Notes: generated from the letters alone by a model not told the origin. DNA of 64,000 bases from an uncultured Actinomycetes bacterium (GCA_963838745.1 CAWISJ010000004.1:56571-120570), one strand, 5' to 3'. Counted from the stretch's first letter, positions 45,665 to 55,879 are shown. Made by a program: numbers and translations.

Positions 45665-46753
45665 ATGACAGTGGTCGCCAAGCTGGGATCCTCGATCGTC
45701 GCCGACGACGATGGTGCGCTGCGCGCCGCGGTGCTCGACATCGTCTGCGATCAGGTCGCCGAGCTGCATCGGGGTGGCGAGAACGTTGTGCTCGTGACCT
45801 CCGGGGCGATCGCGCGGGGGATGCGCCTGCTGGAGCTGGACCGGCGCCCGAGCTCGATCGACGAGATGCAGGCGGCCTCGGCGGTCGGGCAGGGGTCGCT
45901 GTTCCGCGCCTACGAGGAGCGGCTCGGCGGGCAGGACGTTCACGCCGCGCAGGTCCTGCTGACCTCGTTCGACATGTCGGCGCGCATGCACTACCTGAAT
46001 GCCCGCCAAACCCTGCGTCGGCTGCTCGACTGGCGGGTGGTTCCGGTCGTGAACGAGAACGACACCACGGCCACCGACGAGATCACGTTCGGGGACAACG
46101 ACTTCCTGTCCGCCCAGGTGGCGATCCTGCTCGAGGCGCGCCTGCTGGTGTTGCTCACCGACACGCCCGGGCTCCACACCGCAGACCCCCGCACCCGCTC
46201 GGAGGCCAAGCTCGTTGAGGAGGTGAGCTCGTTCGGAGAGCTGCAGCGCTACGAGATCGGCGACGAGACCTCGGCCTTCGGCTCCGGCGGGATGCGGAGC
46301 AAGGTGGCGGCTGCGGAGATGGCGAGCGCCGCGGGGATCCCCGTGGTGGTCTGCGATGGAACGGAGCCCGGAAGCTTTGCGGCGGCCGCCCACGGCGAGC
46401 GGGTGGGGACGCGCTTCGTGCCGCACCCAGAGCGGACCCCGAGCTTCAAGCTATGGCTGCGCTACGCGAAGCCCAGCCGCGGGAGGGTTCTCGTCGACCA
46501 GGGGGCGGCGCGGGTGCTGCGCGAGCGCGGCTCCAGCCTATTGCCGGTCGGGATCACCGAGGTCGAGGGAGAGTTCGCGGCGGGCGACGCAGTGGAGGTG
46601 GTCTGCGACGCAGAGGTGGTCGGCAAGGGGATCGTCAACTACTCGGCGGCCGAGCTGGGCCGGATCAAGGGCCTGAAGTCGACCGACGTGCTGGAGCAGA
46701 TGCCGAACGCCTCCGAGGAGGCGGTCCACCGCGACTACTTCGTGCTGACGTAA
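45665..46753 (+). CDS. proB: Glutamate 5-kinase (with PUA domain)
   Basis: VVAKLGSS...VLVTSGAIA...VNENDTTAT, plus a C-terminal PUA domain. Confidence 0.95.
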   Translation: MTVVAKLGSSIVADDDGALRAAVLDIVCDQVAELHRGGENVVLVTSGAIARGMRLLELDRRPSSIDEMQAASAVGQGSLFRAYEERLGGQDVHAAQVLLTSFDMSARMHYLNARQTLRRLLDWRVVPVVNENDTTATDEITFGDNDFLSAQVAILLEARLLVLLTDTPGLHTADPRTRSEAKLVEEVSSFGELQRYEIGDETSAFGSGGMRSKVAAAEMASAAGIPVVVCDGTEPGSFAAAAHGERVGTRFVPHPERTPSFKLWLRYAKPSRGRVLVDQGAARVLRERGSSLLPVGITEVEGEFAAGDAVEVVCDAEVVGKGIVNYSAAELGRIKGLKSTDVLEQMPNASEEAVHRDYFVLT

Positions 46754-46865
46754 TCGGTCACGACCCCCCGACGTGCCGTCCAGGAACACCTCCAGTTGTC
46801 ATGACAATTGTCGCGACAACTGGAGGGGCGACGCGGAGGGGCACCGGCCGCCCGCTTGTAGCTCC

Positions 46866-47312
46866 CTACAGCTGGTACGTGACCAGGGCCAGAGCCAGCC
46901 GGCGGCTGTCGTCGGCGGTGACGTTCACCTCGCAGAAGCAGAGCCCGCTGCCGGTGCGGCGCGCGACGCGTGCGTCGGCGACCATCCCCTGACCTCGGGC
47001 CGGGGCGAGGAAGTCCACCGTGAGCCCGACGGTCGAGGCACGCGGGCTTTCCGGGACGTCGGCGCCCGACCAGGCGGCGGCGGCCGCCGCGGTGTCGACC
47101 AGGGAGGAGATCGCGCCCCCGTGGACGACGTCGCCCAGGGTCGCGAGCGTGTCGCTGAACGGCATCGTCAGCACGGCGCGGTCGGGCTCCATCTCCTCGA
47201 CCCGGATGCCGAGCTGGGCGACGAAGGGCGAGCTCTCGAGCCAGCCGCGGGCGAGGGCGGCGCCGTCGGCCTTCGGCGCCGGCTCTTCGGGCGGCTGTTT
47301 CGCATTCCCCAT
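46866..47312 (-). CDS. PaaI-family hotdog-fold thioesterase
   Basis: LGDVVHGGAISSLVDTAA. Start is ATG 47312 or TTG 47330. Confidence 0.75.
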   Translation of the reverse strand: MGNAKQPPEEPAPKADGAALARGWLESSPFVAQLGIRVEEMEPDRAVLTMPFSDTLATLGDVVHGGAISSLVDTAAAAAAWSGADVPESPRASTVGLTVDFLAPARGQGMVADARVARRTGSGLCFCEVNVTADDSRRLALALVTYQL

Positions 47313-47345
47313 GGTTCTGGAGGGCCGCAAGCTACCCTGTCACGC

Positions 47346-48608
47346 ATGGCCACCGCCACCCGGACAGTCGCCGAGGTTTGCGCCTCCGCCAAGCAGGCAT
47401 CGCGCGGGTTGGCGACTGCCACCACCGAGACCAAGAACGCCGCTCTGGCGCGGCTCGCCGCGCTGCTCGGCGAGCGCAGCGGCGAGATCCTGGAGGCGAA
47501 CGCCGCCGATCTCGCCGACGAGCGCGCCGCGGCGCTGACGGACGCGCTGCGCGATCGCCTGGCGCTCGATGAGCAGCGCGTGGCGTCGATGGCCGCAGGG
47601 GTGCGTGAGATCGCGGCCCTGCCGGACCCGGTGGGCGAGCTGATTGAAGAGCGCGTCCTGGCCAGTGGGCTGCGGATGAGGAAGGTCCGCGTGCCACTGG
47701 GCGTGATCGCCGTCGTCTACGAGGCGCGGCCGAACGTGACCGTGGACTGCGCCGCCCTCACCCTGAAGAGCGGCAACGCGATCGTGTTGCGCGGATCGAG
47801 CTATGCGGCGCGGTCAAACGCCGCGCTGGCGGCGGCGGTGCGCGAGGCGGTCGCCGAGGTCGGGCTGCCCGAGGGCTCGGTAGAGCTGCTCGACGGCGGC
47901 GACCGCGCCGAGCTGGCGGAGCTGGCAAGTGCGGAGGGTCTGGTGGACCTGATCATCCCCCGGGGCGGCGAGGGTCTGAAGGAGGCGCTGAAGTCGGTCG
48001 CGACGGTGCCGGTGATGTACGCGGCGGCGGGCAACTGCCACGTGTACGTGCACGAGGACGCCGACCTGCAGATGGCCCGCTCGGTTGCGTACAACGCCAA
48101 GGTCCAGCGTCCGGGCGTCTGCAACGCGGCCGAGACGCTGTTGGTCAATGCCCGGATCGCCGACGAGTTTCTGTCCGGGGTGCTCGCCGACCTGCGCGAT
48201 GCGGGGGTCGAGCTGGTGGGCGACGAGCGGGCGCGCGCCGCGGCTGCCACGCCGGTGGGGGCGGCTGCCGAGGAGGACTGGGATACGGAGTACCTGGGCA
48301 TGAAGATGGCGATCGGGGTGGTCGACTCGCTGGACGAGGCGATTGCTCATGTGAACCGGCACGGCACCGGCCACTCGGAGGCGATCCTGACCTCGTCCAC
48401 GGAGGCCGCCGATGCGTTCACCGAAGGGGTGGACGCGGCGGTCGTCTACGTCAACGCGTCGACGCGGTTCACGGACGGGTTCGAGTTCGGGATGGGCGCC
48501 GAGATCGGGAACTCGACACAGAAGCTTCACGCCCGGGGGCCGATCGGCCTGCGCGAGCTGACCACCTTCAAGTACGTCGTCCACGGCGACGGCCAGGTTC
48601 GAGCTTGA
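47346..48608 (+). CDS. proA: Glutamate-5-semialdehyde dehydrogenase
   Basis: VYEARPNVTVD...GNAIVLRGS...CNAAETLLV...STRFTDG. Confidence 0.95.
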   Translation: MATATRTVAEVCASAKQASRGLATATTETKNAALARLAALLGERSGEILEANAADLADERAAALTDALRDRLALDEQRVASMAAGVREIAALPDPVGELIEERVLASGLRMRKVRVPLGVIAVVYEARPNVTVDCAALTLKSGNAIVLRGSSYAARSNAALAAAVREAVAEVGLPEGSVELLDGGDRAELAELASAEGLVDLIIPRGGEGLKEALKSVATVPVMYAAAGNCHVYVHEDADLQMARSVAYNAKVQRPGVCNAAETLLVNARIADEFLSGVLADLRDAGVELVGDERARAAAATPVGAAAEEDWDTEYLGMKMAIGVVDSLDEAIAHVNRHGTGHSEAILTSSTEAADAFTEGVDAAVVYVNASTRFTDGFEFGMGAEIGNSTQKLHARGPIGLRELTTFKYVVHGDGQVRA

Positions 48609-48649
48609 GCCCGGCGGTCGAGGGGAACTAGGAGGGAGCGGTCGCCGCG

Positions 48650-49240
48650 ATTGGCGTTCTCGGGGGCGCGTTCAACCCGCCGCACATCGGGCACCTGGTG
48701 CTCGCCCAGGAGGCGGCGTTCCAGCTCGGGTTGGGGGAGGTGCTGCTGGTCCCGGCCGGCCAGGCTCCCCACAAGCGGATCGACTCGGATCCGGGCCGCG
48801 AGGTGCGGCTGGAGATGGCGCGCCTGGCGGCGGCGACCGACCCTCTCCTTGAAGCTTCCGATGTCGAGACCGGCCGCGACGGGCCGTCGTTCACCTTTCG
48901 TACGCTGGAGCTGTTGAGCGACGCGCGGCCCAAGGACGAGTTCGTGTTCCTGATGGGGGCCGACGTGGCGGCGGGATTGGAGGCCTGGCGCAGTCCCGAG
49001 CGGCTGCTGGAGCTGGCGCGGCTGGGGATCGCCGCGCGGCCGGGGACGGTGTTGGACGAGGCGGAGGCGGCGCTCGAGCGGCTGGGTGGCCAGGAGCGAG
49101 CGGAGATCGTGAGGATGCCCGAGATCGGGGTTTCCTCGACCCGGATTCGCCGCCGGGTGGCGGCGGGGCAGCCGATCCGTCACCTGGTTCCCGACGCGGT
49201 GGTGAAGCTGATCGACGAGCGAGGGTTGTACCGGACGTGA
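48650..49240 (+). CDS. nadD: Nicotinate-nucleotide adenylyltransferase
   Basis: IGVLGGAFNPPHIGH lies upstream of the first GTG (48698). The 5' end is uncertain (ATT 48650, or TTG 48605 with an in-frame TAG at 48629). Confidence 0.8.
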   Translation: MGVLGGAFNPPHIGHLVLAQEAAFQLGLGEVLLVPAGQAPHKRIDSDPGREVRLEMARLAAATDPLLEASDVETGRDGPSFTFRTLELLSDARPKDEFVFLMGADVAAGLEAWRSPERLLELARLGIAARPGTVLDEAEAALERLGGQERAEIVRMPEIGVSSTRIRRRVAAGQPIRHLVPDAVVKLIDERGLYRT

Positions 49241-49653
49241 GTGCGATGGCCGACAGGGGGCAGGATGGGCTCTCGTCGGAGGCGCTGGCCCGGCGGATCG
49301 CGGAGGTGGCAGACGCCAAGCGCGCCGACGACATCGTCGCGCTCGACATGCGGAAGCTGGTTGGCTACACGGACTTCCTGGTCATCTGCACCGCGCGGAA
49401 CGAACGTCAGGCGCGGGCGATCCACGAGGAGGTCCACCAGCGGTTGAAGCAGGACGAGGGCCTGCTGCCCACGACGGTCGAGGGTGAGCACGCGGCGAGC
49501 TGGGTGCTGATGGACTACCTGGATTGCGTCTTCCACGTGTTCGTGCCAGACCTGCGGCAGCGCTACCGTCTTGAGACTCTGTGGGGCGAGGCGCCGCGGC
49601 TGGAGCTGGGTGCGGGGACGGGCACCGAACGTCGCGCCGCGGCGCCGGGCTGA
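49237..49653 (+). CDS. rsfS: Ribosome silencing factor RsfS
   Basis: DIVALDMRKLVGYTDFLVICTARNERQ...WVLMDY..VFHVF. GTGA overlap with nadD. Confidence 0.9.
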   Translation: MSAMADRGQDGLSSEALARRIAEVADAKRADDIVALDMRKLVGYTDFLVICTARNERQARAIHEEVHQRLKQDEGLLPTTVEGEHAASWVLMDYLDCVFHVFVPDLRQRYRLETLWGEAPRLELGAGTGTERRAAAPG

Positions 49654-49707
49654 GGGCTCGGGTTGTCGTCCGGCGCGCCGCCTAGCGTTGCCGTATCGTG
49701 AGCGTTG

Positions 49708-50559
49708 ATGAGCACTAGGGGTCGGTTCAAGAGATCCCTGTTCGGCTATCGCCGTCGTGAGGTGGACAAGGCGATCGCCGATCGCGACGCAGCGTCCGAG
49801 GCGGCGGAGGGAAAGCTCGCCGGTGCCGAGCGGCGGGTTGAGGAGCGCGATGCCGAGCTCGAGGCTCGCCGCGGGGAGTCGGAAAGCCGTGCGCAGGAGG
49901 TCCGGGAGCTGGACCAGGTGGCTGCCAGGCTCGCGGAGCGCGTAGTGGAGCGCGAGCGGGAGCTGCGGGGGCTGCGGTCTGAGCTGGAGCGCGCGCGGGC
50001 CGAGAGCGACCAGAGCGGGCGGGCGCTCGTGGAGCTGAGGGATGATCTCGCGGCGGTGCGGCGCCAGGCGCGCGGGCAGGCGACGAGGATCCGGTTGCGG
50101 GCGCTGCGCGAGGCGGCCGAGCTGAGCGAGCGGATGCGCGAGCTGGGCGGTTCCCCGGGCGGGGTGAGCCAGCGATTGACCGAGGCGGTGCAGGAGGCGA
50201 TCGAGCGCGTCGGGGTGGAGGGCGAGGAGGAAGGTGAGGAGGCCGATGTGGCCTCCCGTGCGGCCGACAACGGCTATTCCGACCGCCAGCCGAGCGAGCT
50301 GTTCGAGGGCCTGGTCGAGGTGGACGTGGGCCCGCTGAGCGACTTCTCACAGCTGCTCGGCTTCGAGGATGCGGCCGGCGGCATCGGCGCGATGTCGGAG
50401 ATCTCGGTGCGGCGCTTCACGCAGGGGCGCGCGACGCTGGCGATGAGGCTCAGGCAGCCGGTGGAGCTGCTGCGCGAGCTCGAGGAGCGAGCTCCGTTCG
50501 AGTTCGAGGTTCGGGACGTGCGCTCGGACCGGGTGGTCCTGGACGTCGCCGGCGAGTAG
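49708..50559 (+). CDS. DivIVA-domain coiled-coil protein
   Basis: N-terminal FKRSLFGYRRREVDKAI, then a long Arg/Glu coiled coil. Confidence 0.65.
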   Translation: MSTRGRFKRSLFGYRRREVDKAIADRDAASEAAEGKLAGAERRVEERDAELEARRGESESRAQEVRELDQVAARLAERVVERERELRGLRSELERARAESDQSGRALVELRDDLAAVRRQARGQATRIRLRALREAAELSERMRELGGSPGGVSQRLTEAVQEAIERVGVEGEEEGEEADVASRAADNGYSDRQPSELFEGLVEVDVGPLSDFSQLLGFEDAAGGIGAMSEISVRRFTQGRATLAMRLRQPVELLRELEERAPFEFEVRDVRSDRVVLDVAGE

Positions 50560-50599
50560 GCCTCCCGTGGGTGGTCCCGTCGACCACTAGGGTGAGGTC

Positions 50600-51493
50600 G
50601 TGGAGCTGACCGCTCCGGTCAACGGGATCGAGGTCGCGTACGAGACCTTCGGCGATTCGGCCGACCCCGCGATGCTGCTGATCATGGGGCTCGGGGTCCA
50701 GATGCTGGGGTGGGACGAGGACTTCTGCGCGCTGCTCGCGGAGCGAGGGTTCCAGGTCGTGCGATTCGACAATCGGGACGTGGGGAGGTCGACGAAGATC
50801 GAGGGCGGGCGACGACCGGACCTGATGGCGGCTGCGATGGGCGACGCGAGCTCGGCCAGCTACACGCTGGACGAGATGGCGGAGGATTGCGTTGGCCTGC
50901 TCGCCCACCTGGGGGTGGACGCGGCGCACGTGGTGGGTGCCTCGCAGGGGGGAATGATCGCCCAGACACTGGCGGTTCGGCATCCCAAGATGGTGCTGTC
51001 GCTGGTCTCGATCATGTCGAGCACGGGGGACCGGGCGGTGGGGCAGCCGCATCCGGAGGCGCTCCCGGCGCTGCTGACGAGGCCGCCGGCGGATCGGGAG
51101 GAGTATGTGGAGTTCGTCGTGCAGGCGTTCCGGATCATCGGCTCGCCCGGGTTCGAGGCCGACGAGGGGAAGCTGAGGGAGCGGGCGAGTGCGAGCTTCG
51201 AACGGGGCTATTACCCGGAGGGCACGGCGCGGCAGCTGCTGGCGATCCTCGCCTCCGGCGATCGCACCGAGGCGCTCCGGCGGCTCGATCTGCCGACGCT
51301 GGTGATCCACGGCACGGACGACGTCTTGATCGACCCGTCGGGAGGGAGGGCCACGGCGGCGGCGATCCCGGGGGCCAGGCTGGAGCTGATCGAGGGGATG
51401 GGGCACGACCTGCCGCGCCAGCTCTGGCCGCGGTTCGTGGACGCGATCGCGGAGAACGCGGCGCGGGCCCGCACACTCGACTCGATTCCCTAG
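50600..51493 (+). CDS. Alpha/beta-fold hydrolase
   Basis: HVVGASQGGMIAQ nucleophile elbow (GxSxG). SD GGTGAGG. Confidence 0.8.
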   Translation: MELTAPVNGIEVAYETFGDSADPAMLLIMGLGVQMLGWDEDFCALLAERGFQVVRFDNRDVGRSTKIEGGRRPDLMAAAMGDASSASYTLDEMAEDCVGLLAHLGVDAAHVVGASQGGMIAQTLAVRHPKMVLSLVSIMSSTGDRAVGQPHPEALPALLTRPPADREEYVEFVVQAFRIIGSPGFEADEGKLRERASASFERGYYPEGTARQLLAILASGDRTEALRRLDLPTLVIHGTDDVLIDPSGGRATAAAIPGARLELIEGMGHDLPRQLWPRFVDAIAENAARARTLDSIP

Positions 51494-51520
51494 GCCCGCC
51501 CCCGGCGCAGGGTCGCCAAT

Positions 51521-51526
51521 TACAAT
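51521..51526 (+). promoter_or_regulatory. Possible -10 box TACAAT for the tRNA-Ala gene
   Basis: Sits 13 nt upstream of the tRNA 5' end. No convincing -35 element. Confidence 0.3.
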
Positions 51527-51539
51527 TCGGCACATCCCC

Positions 51540-51612
51540 GGGGCTATAGCTCAGCTGGGAGAGCGTGCGGCTGGCAGCCGCAAGGTCGTGGGTTCGAGTC
51601 CCACTAGCTCCA
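51540..51612 (+). tRNA. tRNA-Ala (anticodon GGC)
   Basis: Folded by hand into a cloverleaf: acceptor GGGGCTA/TAGCTCC with G3:U70, anticodon loop CT-GGC-AG, T-loop GGTTCGAGTCC. CCA is not encoded. Confidence 0.95.
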
Positions 51613-51703
51613 CTAACCGCCACGCTCTGGAGCGGGACCCCGCTGTTGGTCGAGCTGCGGGAATAGCCGACTCGCGGGCGATCGCTGGGGTACGCTCGCG
51701 ACC

Positions 51704-52375
51704 ATGAAGCAGCTCGCCGATGGCGTCTGGCATCTGAACACGATGCCCGTGCCCAACACCGTCAACGCCTACCTGCTCGAGGACGTGCTGGTCGACGCCG
51801 GTACCCGCCAATCGCGCCGGGCGATCCTCCGCCAGCTCAAGGGCCACGACGCCAGCGCCCACGCTCTCACCCACGCCCATCCCGACCACCAGGGGTCGAG
51901 CCATGCCGTCTGCGAGGAGCTCGGCCTCCCCTTCTGGGTCCCGGAACGCGACGCCGACGCTGCGGAGGATCCCGACCTGATCCGCCAGCGTCAGCCCAGC
52001 CACCCCGTGGCCCGCTTCTACATCCGCATCTTCACCGGCCCCGGCCATCCCGTCGATCGCCGGCTCCACGACGGCGACGAGGTCGCCGGCTTCCAGGTCC
52101 TCGACGTCCCCGGCCATTCGGCCGGCCACGTCGCCTTCTGGCGGCCGGCCGATCGCGTCCTCGTCCTCGGCGACGTGCTCGCCAACATGGATCAGCTGAC
52201 GCTGATCCCCGGCCTCCACGAGCCGAAGCCCTACCTGACCCCCGACCCCGCCGAGAACCGCCGCTCCGCGAAGAAGCTCGCCCCACTCGAGCCCGAGCTC
52301 GTCCTCTTCGGCCACGGAGCCCCGCTTCGCGACACGAAGAAGTTCGTCGACTTCATCGACGCCCTGCCCGCCTAG
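51704..52375 (+). CDS. MBL-fold metallo-hydrolase
   Basis: LTHAHPDHQGS motif. Confidence 0.8.
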   Translation: MKQLADGVWHLNTMPVPNTVNAYLLEDVLVDAGTRQSRRAILRQLKGHDASAHALTHAHPDHQGSSHAVCEELGLPFWVPERDADAAEDPDLIRQRQPSHPVARFYIRIFTGPGHPVDRRLHDGDEVAGFQVLDVPGHSAGHVAFWRPADRVLVLGDVLANMDQLTLIPGLHEPKPYLTPDPAENRRSAKKLAPLEPELVLFGHGAPLRDTKKFVDFIDALPA

Positions 52376-52428
52376 CGACTGCGCCTCACTCGACGTGAAG
52401 CCGGCTCCCGGCTCCGTAATATCGCCTC

Positions 52429-54948
52429 GTGGACCGCTACGAGCCACACGAGATCGAGCGCCGCTGGCAGGCGGTGTGGGAAAAGGAGCGGACCTGGGAG
52501 GTGCCCAACCCCGGCGACCCCGGTTTCGACGAGACGAAGCCGAAGAGCTACGTGCTCGTGATGCTGCCCTACCCATCGGGTGAGCCACACATCGGCCACC
52601 TGAAGGTCTACGCGATCGGCGACGCGATCGCCCACTACCAGCGCCGCAGCGGCCATCGGGTGATGCAGCCGATGGGCTACGACGCGTTCGGTCTCCCGGC
52701 GGAGAACAACGCGATCAAGACCGGCGTTCACCCTCGCGACGCGACCCAGCGCTCGATCGACTCCTACCGGCACTGGTTCCACCGCTGGGGCATCTCGATC
52801 GACTGGACCCGCGAGCTCGCGACCAGCGACCCGTCCTATTACCGGTGGACGCAGTGGATCTTCCTGAAGCTGTTCCAGCGCGGGCTCGCCTACCGCAAGG
52901 AGGCGGCGGTCAAGTGGTGCCCCAAGGACGCGACCGTGCTCGCCAACGAGCAGGTCATCGACGGCCGCTGCGAGCGCTGCGGCACCCCGGTCGAGGTGCG
53001 CCAGCTCGAGCAGTGGTTCTTCCGCATCACCGACTACGCCGACCGCCTGCTCGACGAGTTGGACGGGCTCGACTGGCCGGAGCACGTGAAGACGATGCAG
53101 CGCAACTGGATCGGCCGCTCCGAGGGCGCCGAGGTGACCTTCCGGTGCGAGGAGCTTGGGATCGACTACCCGGTGTTCACCACACGACCCGACACGCTGT
53201 TCGGCGCCACCTTCTTCGTGCTCGCCCCCGAGCACCCCGACGTGTTCCGCCTCGCCGCCGGCACTCCGGAGGAGGAGCGCGTGCACGAGTACGTAAACCG
53301 GGCGATCGCCGAATCCGCCGAGGAGCGCAGCGCCGAGGAGCGCCAGAAGACCGGCGTGCCGCTCGGCCGCACAGTGACCAACCCCGTCAACGGCGAGCAG
53401 CTGCCGATGTTCGTCGCCGACTACGTGCTGATGGAGTACGGGACCGGAGCGATCATGGCGGTGCCCGGGCACGATCAGCGCGACTACGACTTCGCCCGCA
53501 CGTTCGGCCTGGAGATCCGGCAGGTGGTGGCTCCCGCCGACGAGGAGGAGCAAGGCGAGCGAGCCGGTGAGCAGGGGCCGTTCGTTGGCCATTCGGAGGA
53601 CGAACGGCTGGTCAACTCGGGCGACTTCACCGGCATGAGCTCGCCCGAGGCGACGCGGGCGATCACCGAGTGGCTGGCGAAGGACGGCCGCGGCCGCTTC
53701 GCCGTCAACTACCGCCTGCGCGACTGGCTGCTCTCACGCCAGCGGTACTGGGGCTGCCCGATTCCGATCGTCTACTGCGAGAAGGATGGGATCGTCCCCG
53801 TCCCGGAGGACCAGCTCCCCGTGGTGCTTCCCGAGATCGAGGACTACGCGCCGAAGGGCAAGAGCCCGCTCGCCACAGCCGAGGACTGGGTGTCCACCAA
53901 GTGCCCGCGCTGCGGCGGGCCCGCTCGCCGGGAGACCGACACCATGGACACGTTCGTCGACTCCTCCTGGTACTTCCTGCGCTACTGCGACGCCCGCAAT
54001 GACCAGGCGGCCTGGGACCGCGAGGTGTTGCGCAGCTGGATGCCGGTTGACCAGTACATCGGCGGCGTCGAGCACGCGATCCTCCACCTGATGTACGCAC
54101 GCTTCTTCACCAAGGCGCTGGCCGACCTCGAGCTGCTCGACGTACAGGAGCCGTTCGAGGCCCTGTTCACGATCGGGATGATCACCCGCGACGGCGCGAA
54201 GATGTCGAGCTCGAGGGGCAACGTGGTCGACCCCGCCGAGTACGTCGAGCGCTACGGCGCCGACACGGCGCGCAGCTACGTGCTCTTCATCGGCCCCTCC
54301 GATCAGGACGCCGACTGGACCGACAAGGGCGTCGAGGGCGTCCACCGCTTCCTCGCCAGGCTGTGGCGGCTGAACGAAGAGGTCGTCCGGCGGACCGCGC
54401 CGGCGACGAGCGACAAGCTACGAGTGACGAGCGACGAGCCCATCGGCGACGCTCGCGTCCTGCTTGCGAAGGCCCACTGGGCGATCGACAAGGTGACCCG
54501 CGACATCGAGCGCGACTTCCAGTTCAACACCGCGATCGCCGCGGTGATGGAGTTGGTCAACGAGGCATACCGGGTCAAGGACGGGCTCTACGGCGACTCC
54601 GCCGGCGAGCAGGCGCTGCGGTTCGCGACCGCCACCGCCGCCTCACTGCTTTTTCCCTTCGCACCCCATCTGGCCGCCGAGGTCTACGAGGCGATCGAAG
54701 GGCGCCGAGCCTGGGAAGACCCCTGGCCGGTGCCCGATCCTGCCCTGCTCGAGAGCGACACGTTCACGCTCGTGATCCAGGTGAACGGCAAGTTGCGCGC
54801 CCGTGTGGAGGCCGCCGTCGATGCGCCGGAGGAGGAGCTGCTGCGGCTGGCGCACAGCACCGACGCCGTACGACGCCACGTTGACGGCAAGGAGATCGTC
54901 AAGGAGGTCGTGGTCCCGGGCAAGCTCGTCAACCTCGTCGTTCGCTGA
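52429..54948 (+). CDS. leuS: Leucine--tRNA ligase
   Basis: 839 aa with PYPSGEPHIGH and KMSSSRGN. Confidence 0.95.
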   Translation: MDRYEPHEIERRWQAVWEKERTWEVPNPGDPGFDETKPKSYVLVMLPYPSGEPHIGHLKVYAIGDAIAHYQRRSGHRVMQPMGYDAFGLPAENNAIKTGVHPRDATQRSIDSYRHWFHRWGISIDWTRELATSDPSYYRWTQWIFLKLFQRGLAYRKEAAVKWCPKDATVLANEQVIDGRCERCGTPVEVRQLEQWFFRITDYADRLLDELDGLDWPEHVKTMQRNWIGRSEGAEVTFRCEELGIDYPVFTTRPDTLFGATFFVLAPEHPDVFRLAAGTPEEERVHEYVNRAIAESAEERSAEERQKTGVPLGRTVTNPVNGEQLPMFVADYVLMEYGTGAIMAVPGHDQRDYDFARTFGLEIRQVVAPADEEEQGERAGEQGPFVGHSEDERLVNSGDFTGMSSPEATRAITEWLAKDGRGRFAVNYRLRDWLLSRQRYWGCPIPIVYCEKDGIVPVPEDQLPVVLPEIEDYAPKGKSPLATAEDWVSTKCPRCGGPARRETDTMDTFVDSSWYFLRYCDARNDQAAWDREVLRSWMPVDQYIGGVEHAILHLMYARFFTKALADLELLDVQEPFEALFTIGMITRDGAKMSSSRGNVVDPAEYVERYGADTARSYVLFIGPSDQDADWTDKGVEGVHRFLARLWRLNEEVVRRTAPATSDKLRVTSDEPIGDARVLLAKAHWAIDKVTRDIERDFQFNTAIAAVMELVNEAYRVKDGLYGDSAGEQALRFATATAASLLFPFAPHLAAEVYEAIEGRRAWEDPWPVPDPALLESDTFTLVIQVNGKLRARVEAAVDAPEEELLRLAHSTDAVRRHVDGKEIVKEVVVPGKLVNLVVR

Positions 54949-54991
54949 GCGATAACACGCGCCGGCGGCGGGTCTGCTAGAAAGGCTCCGC

Positions 54992-55393
54992 ATGCTTGTC
55001 AGGCGGTTCTCGGACGCTCCCGTCACCGAGTGGCACCAGCTTCGGCCCCACATCCTCATGGATGCGGGTGAGCTCGGGGCGCGGCATGTCTCGGTCAACT
55101 GGCTGGAGGTCCCCGCGGGGGCCTCGGAGGAGCTTCGCTCCCACGAAGAGGCCGAGCAGGTCTACGTCGTCGTCAGTGGCAGCGGCACGATGTCGGCCAC
55201 CGGCGACACACAGACCCTCGATGTGGGCGATCTGGTCCTGATCCCGCCCGCGACCGACCACGCGGTCGCCAACGACGCCACCGAGACCCTGGCGCTGGTT
55301 TCGGTGCAATCACCGGCGGTCTCCGCCGACGAGTTCTACAGCCGCCGCCTCGCTGCTCAGGCCGCCAACTACGACGACTACGAGGACGAATAG
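54992..55393 (+). CDS. Cupin domain protein
   Basis: 133 aa with the pattern H.E.EQVYVVVSG.G...GD. Confidence 0.7.
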   Translation: MLVRRFSDAPVTEWHQLRPHILMDAGELGARHVSVNWLEVPAGASEELRSHEEAEQVYVVVSGSGTMSATGDTQTLDVGDLVLIPPATDHAVANDATETLALVSVQSPAVSADEFYSRRLAAQAANYDDYEDE

Positions 55394-55507
55394 GAATCAA
55401 CCGGCGGCTCCTCGGCTTCGCCTCCGGGGCCGCCGGGTTCGGGCGCCATTCACGTGGACCCGGGCAACTCGCTTGCACCGCGACTTCGTCGCTAGCCCCA
55501 GCGAGCG

Positions 55508-55774
55508 GTGATCCGTAAACGCGTCGTCGCTTATGGGCGCGTTCAGGGGGTGTTCTTCCGTGACACCGCGCGGCGGATGGCGCAGTCGCGGGGCCTCGGC
55601 GGCTGGGTCCGCAACACCCCCGACGGCACCGTGGAAGCCGTCTTCGAAGGCGATCCCGAGGCGGTCGAGTCGATGGTCCGCTGGTGTCGTGAAGGACCGC
55701 GAGGCGCGGTCGTCGAACGGCTTGAGGTCGTGGATGAGGAGCCCGAGGGACTGACCGAGTTCCGGATCCGCTAG
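55508..55774 (+). CDS. acyP: Acylphosphatase
   Basis: YGRVQGVFFRDTARR.A...GLGGWVRNTPDGTVE. Confidence 0.85.
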   Translation: MIRKRVVAYGRVQGVFFRDTARRMAQSRGLGGWVRNTPDGTVEAVFEGDPEAVESMVRWCREGPRGAVVERLEVVDEEPEGLTEFRIR

Positions 55775-55879
55775 CGGCGCTGGGCCGCGGGCCCCGCAGC
55801 GGCGGCGCCGGTGGTCGATCGCCGTGGGTGGGCAGGCCTGGCCGGCGAGCGACCACCGGTGGCGCCGCCACCGCCCCCG

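Noticed and set aside
51540-52375. tRNA-Ala as an integration hotspot / genomic island border
   Set aside because: There is no integrase, no direct repeat of the tRNA 3' end and no compositional shift downstream. The neighbours are ordinary genes.
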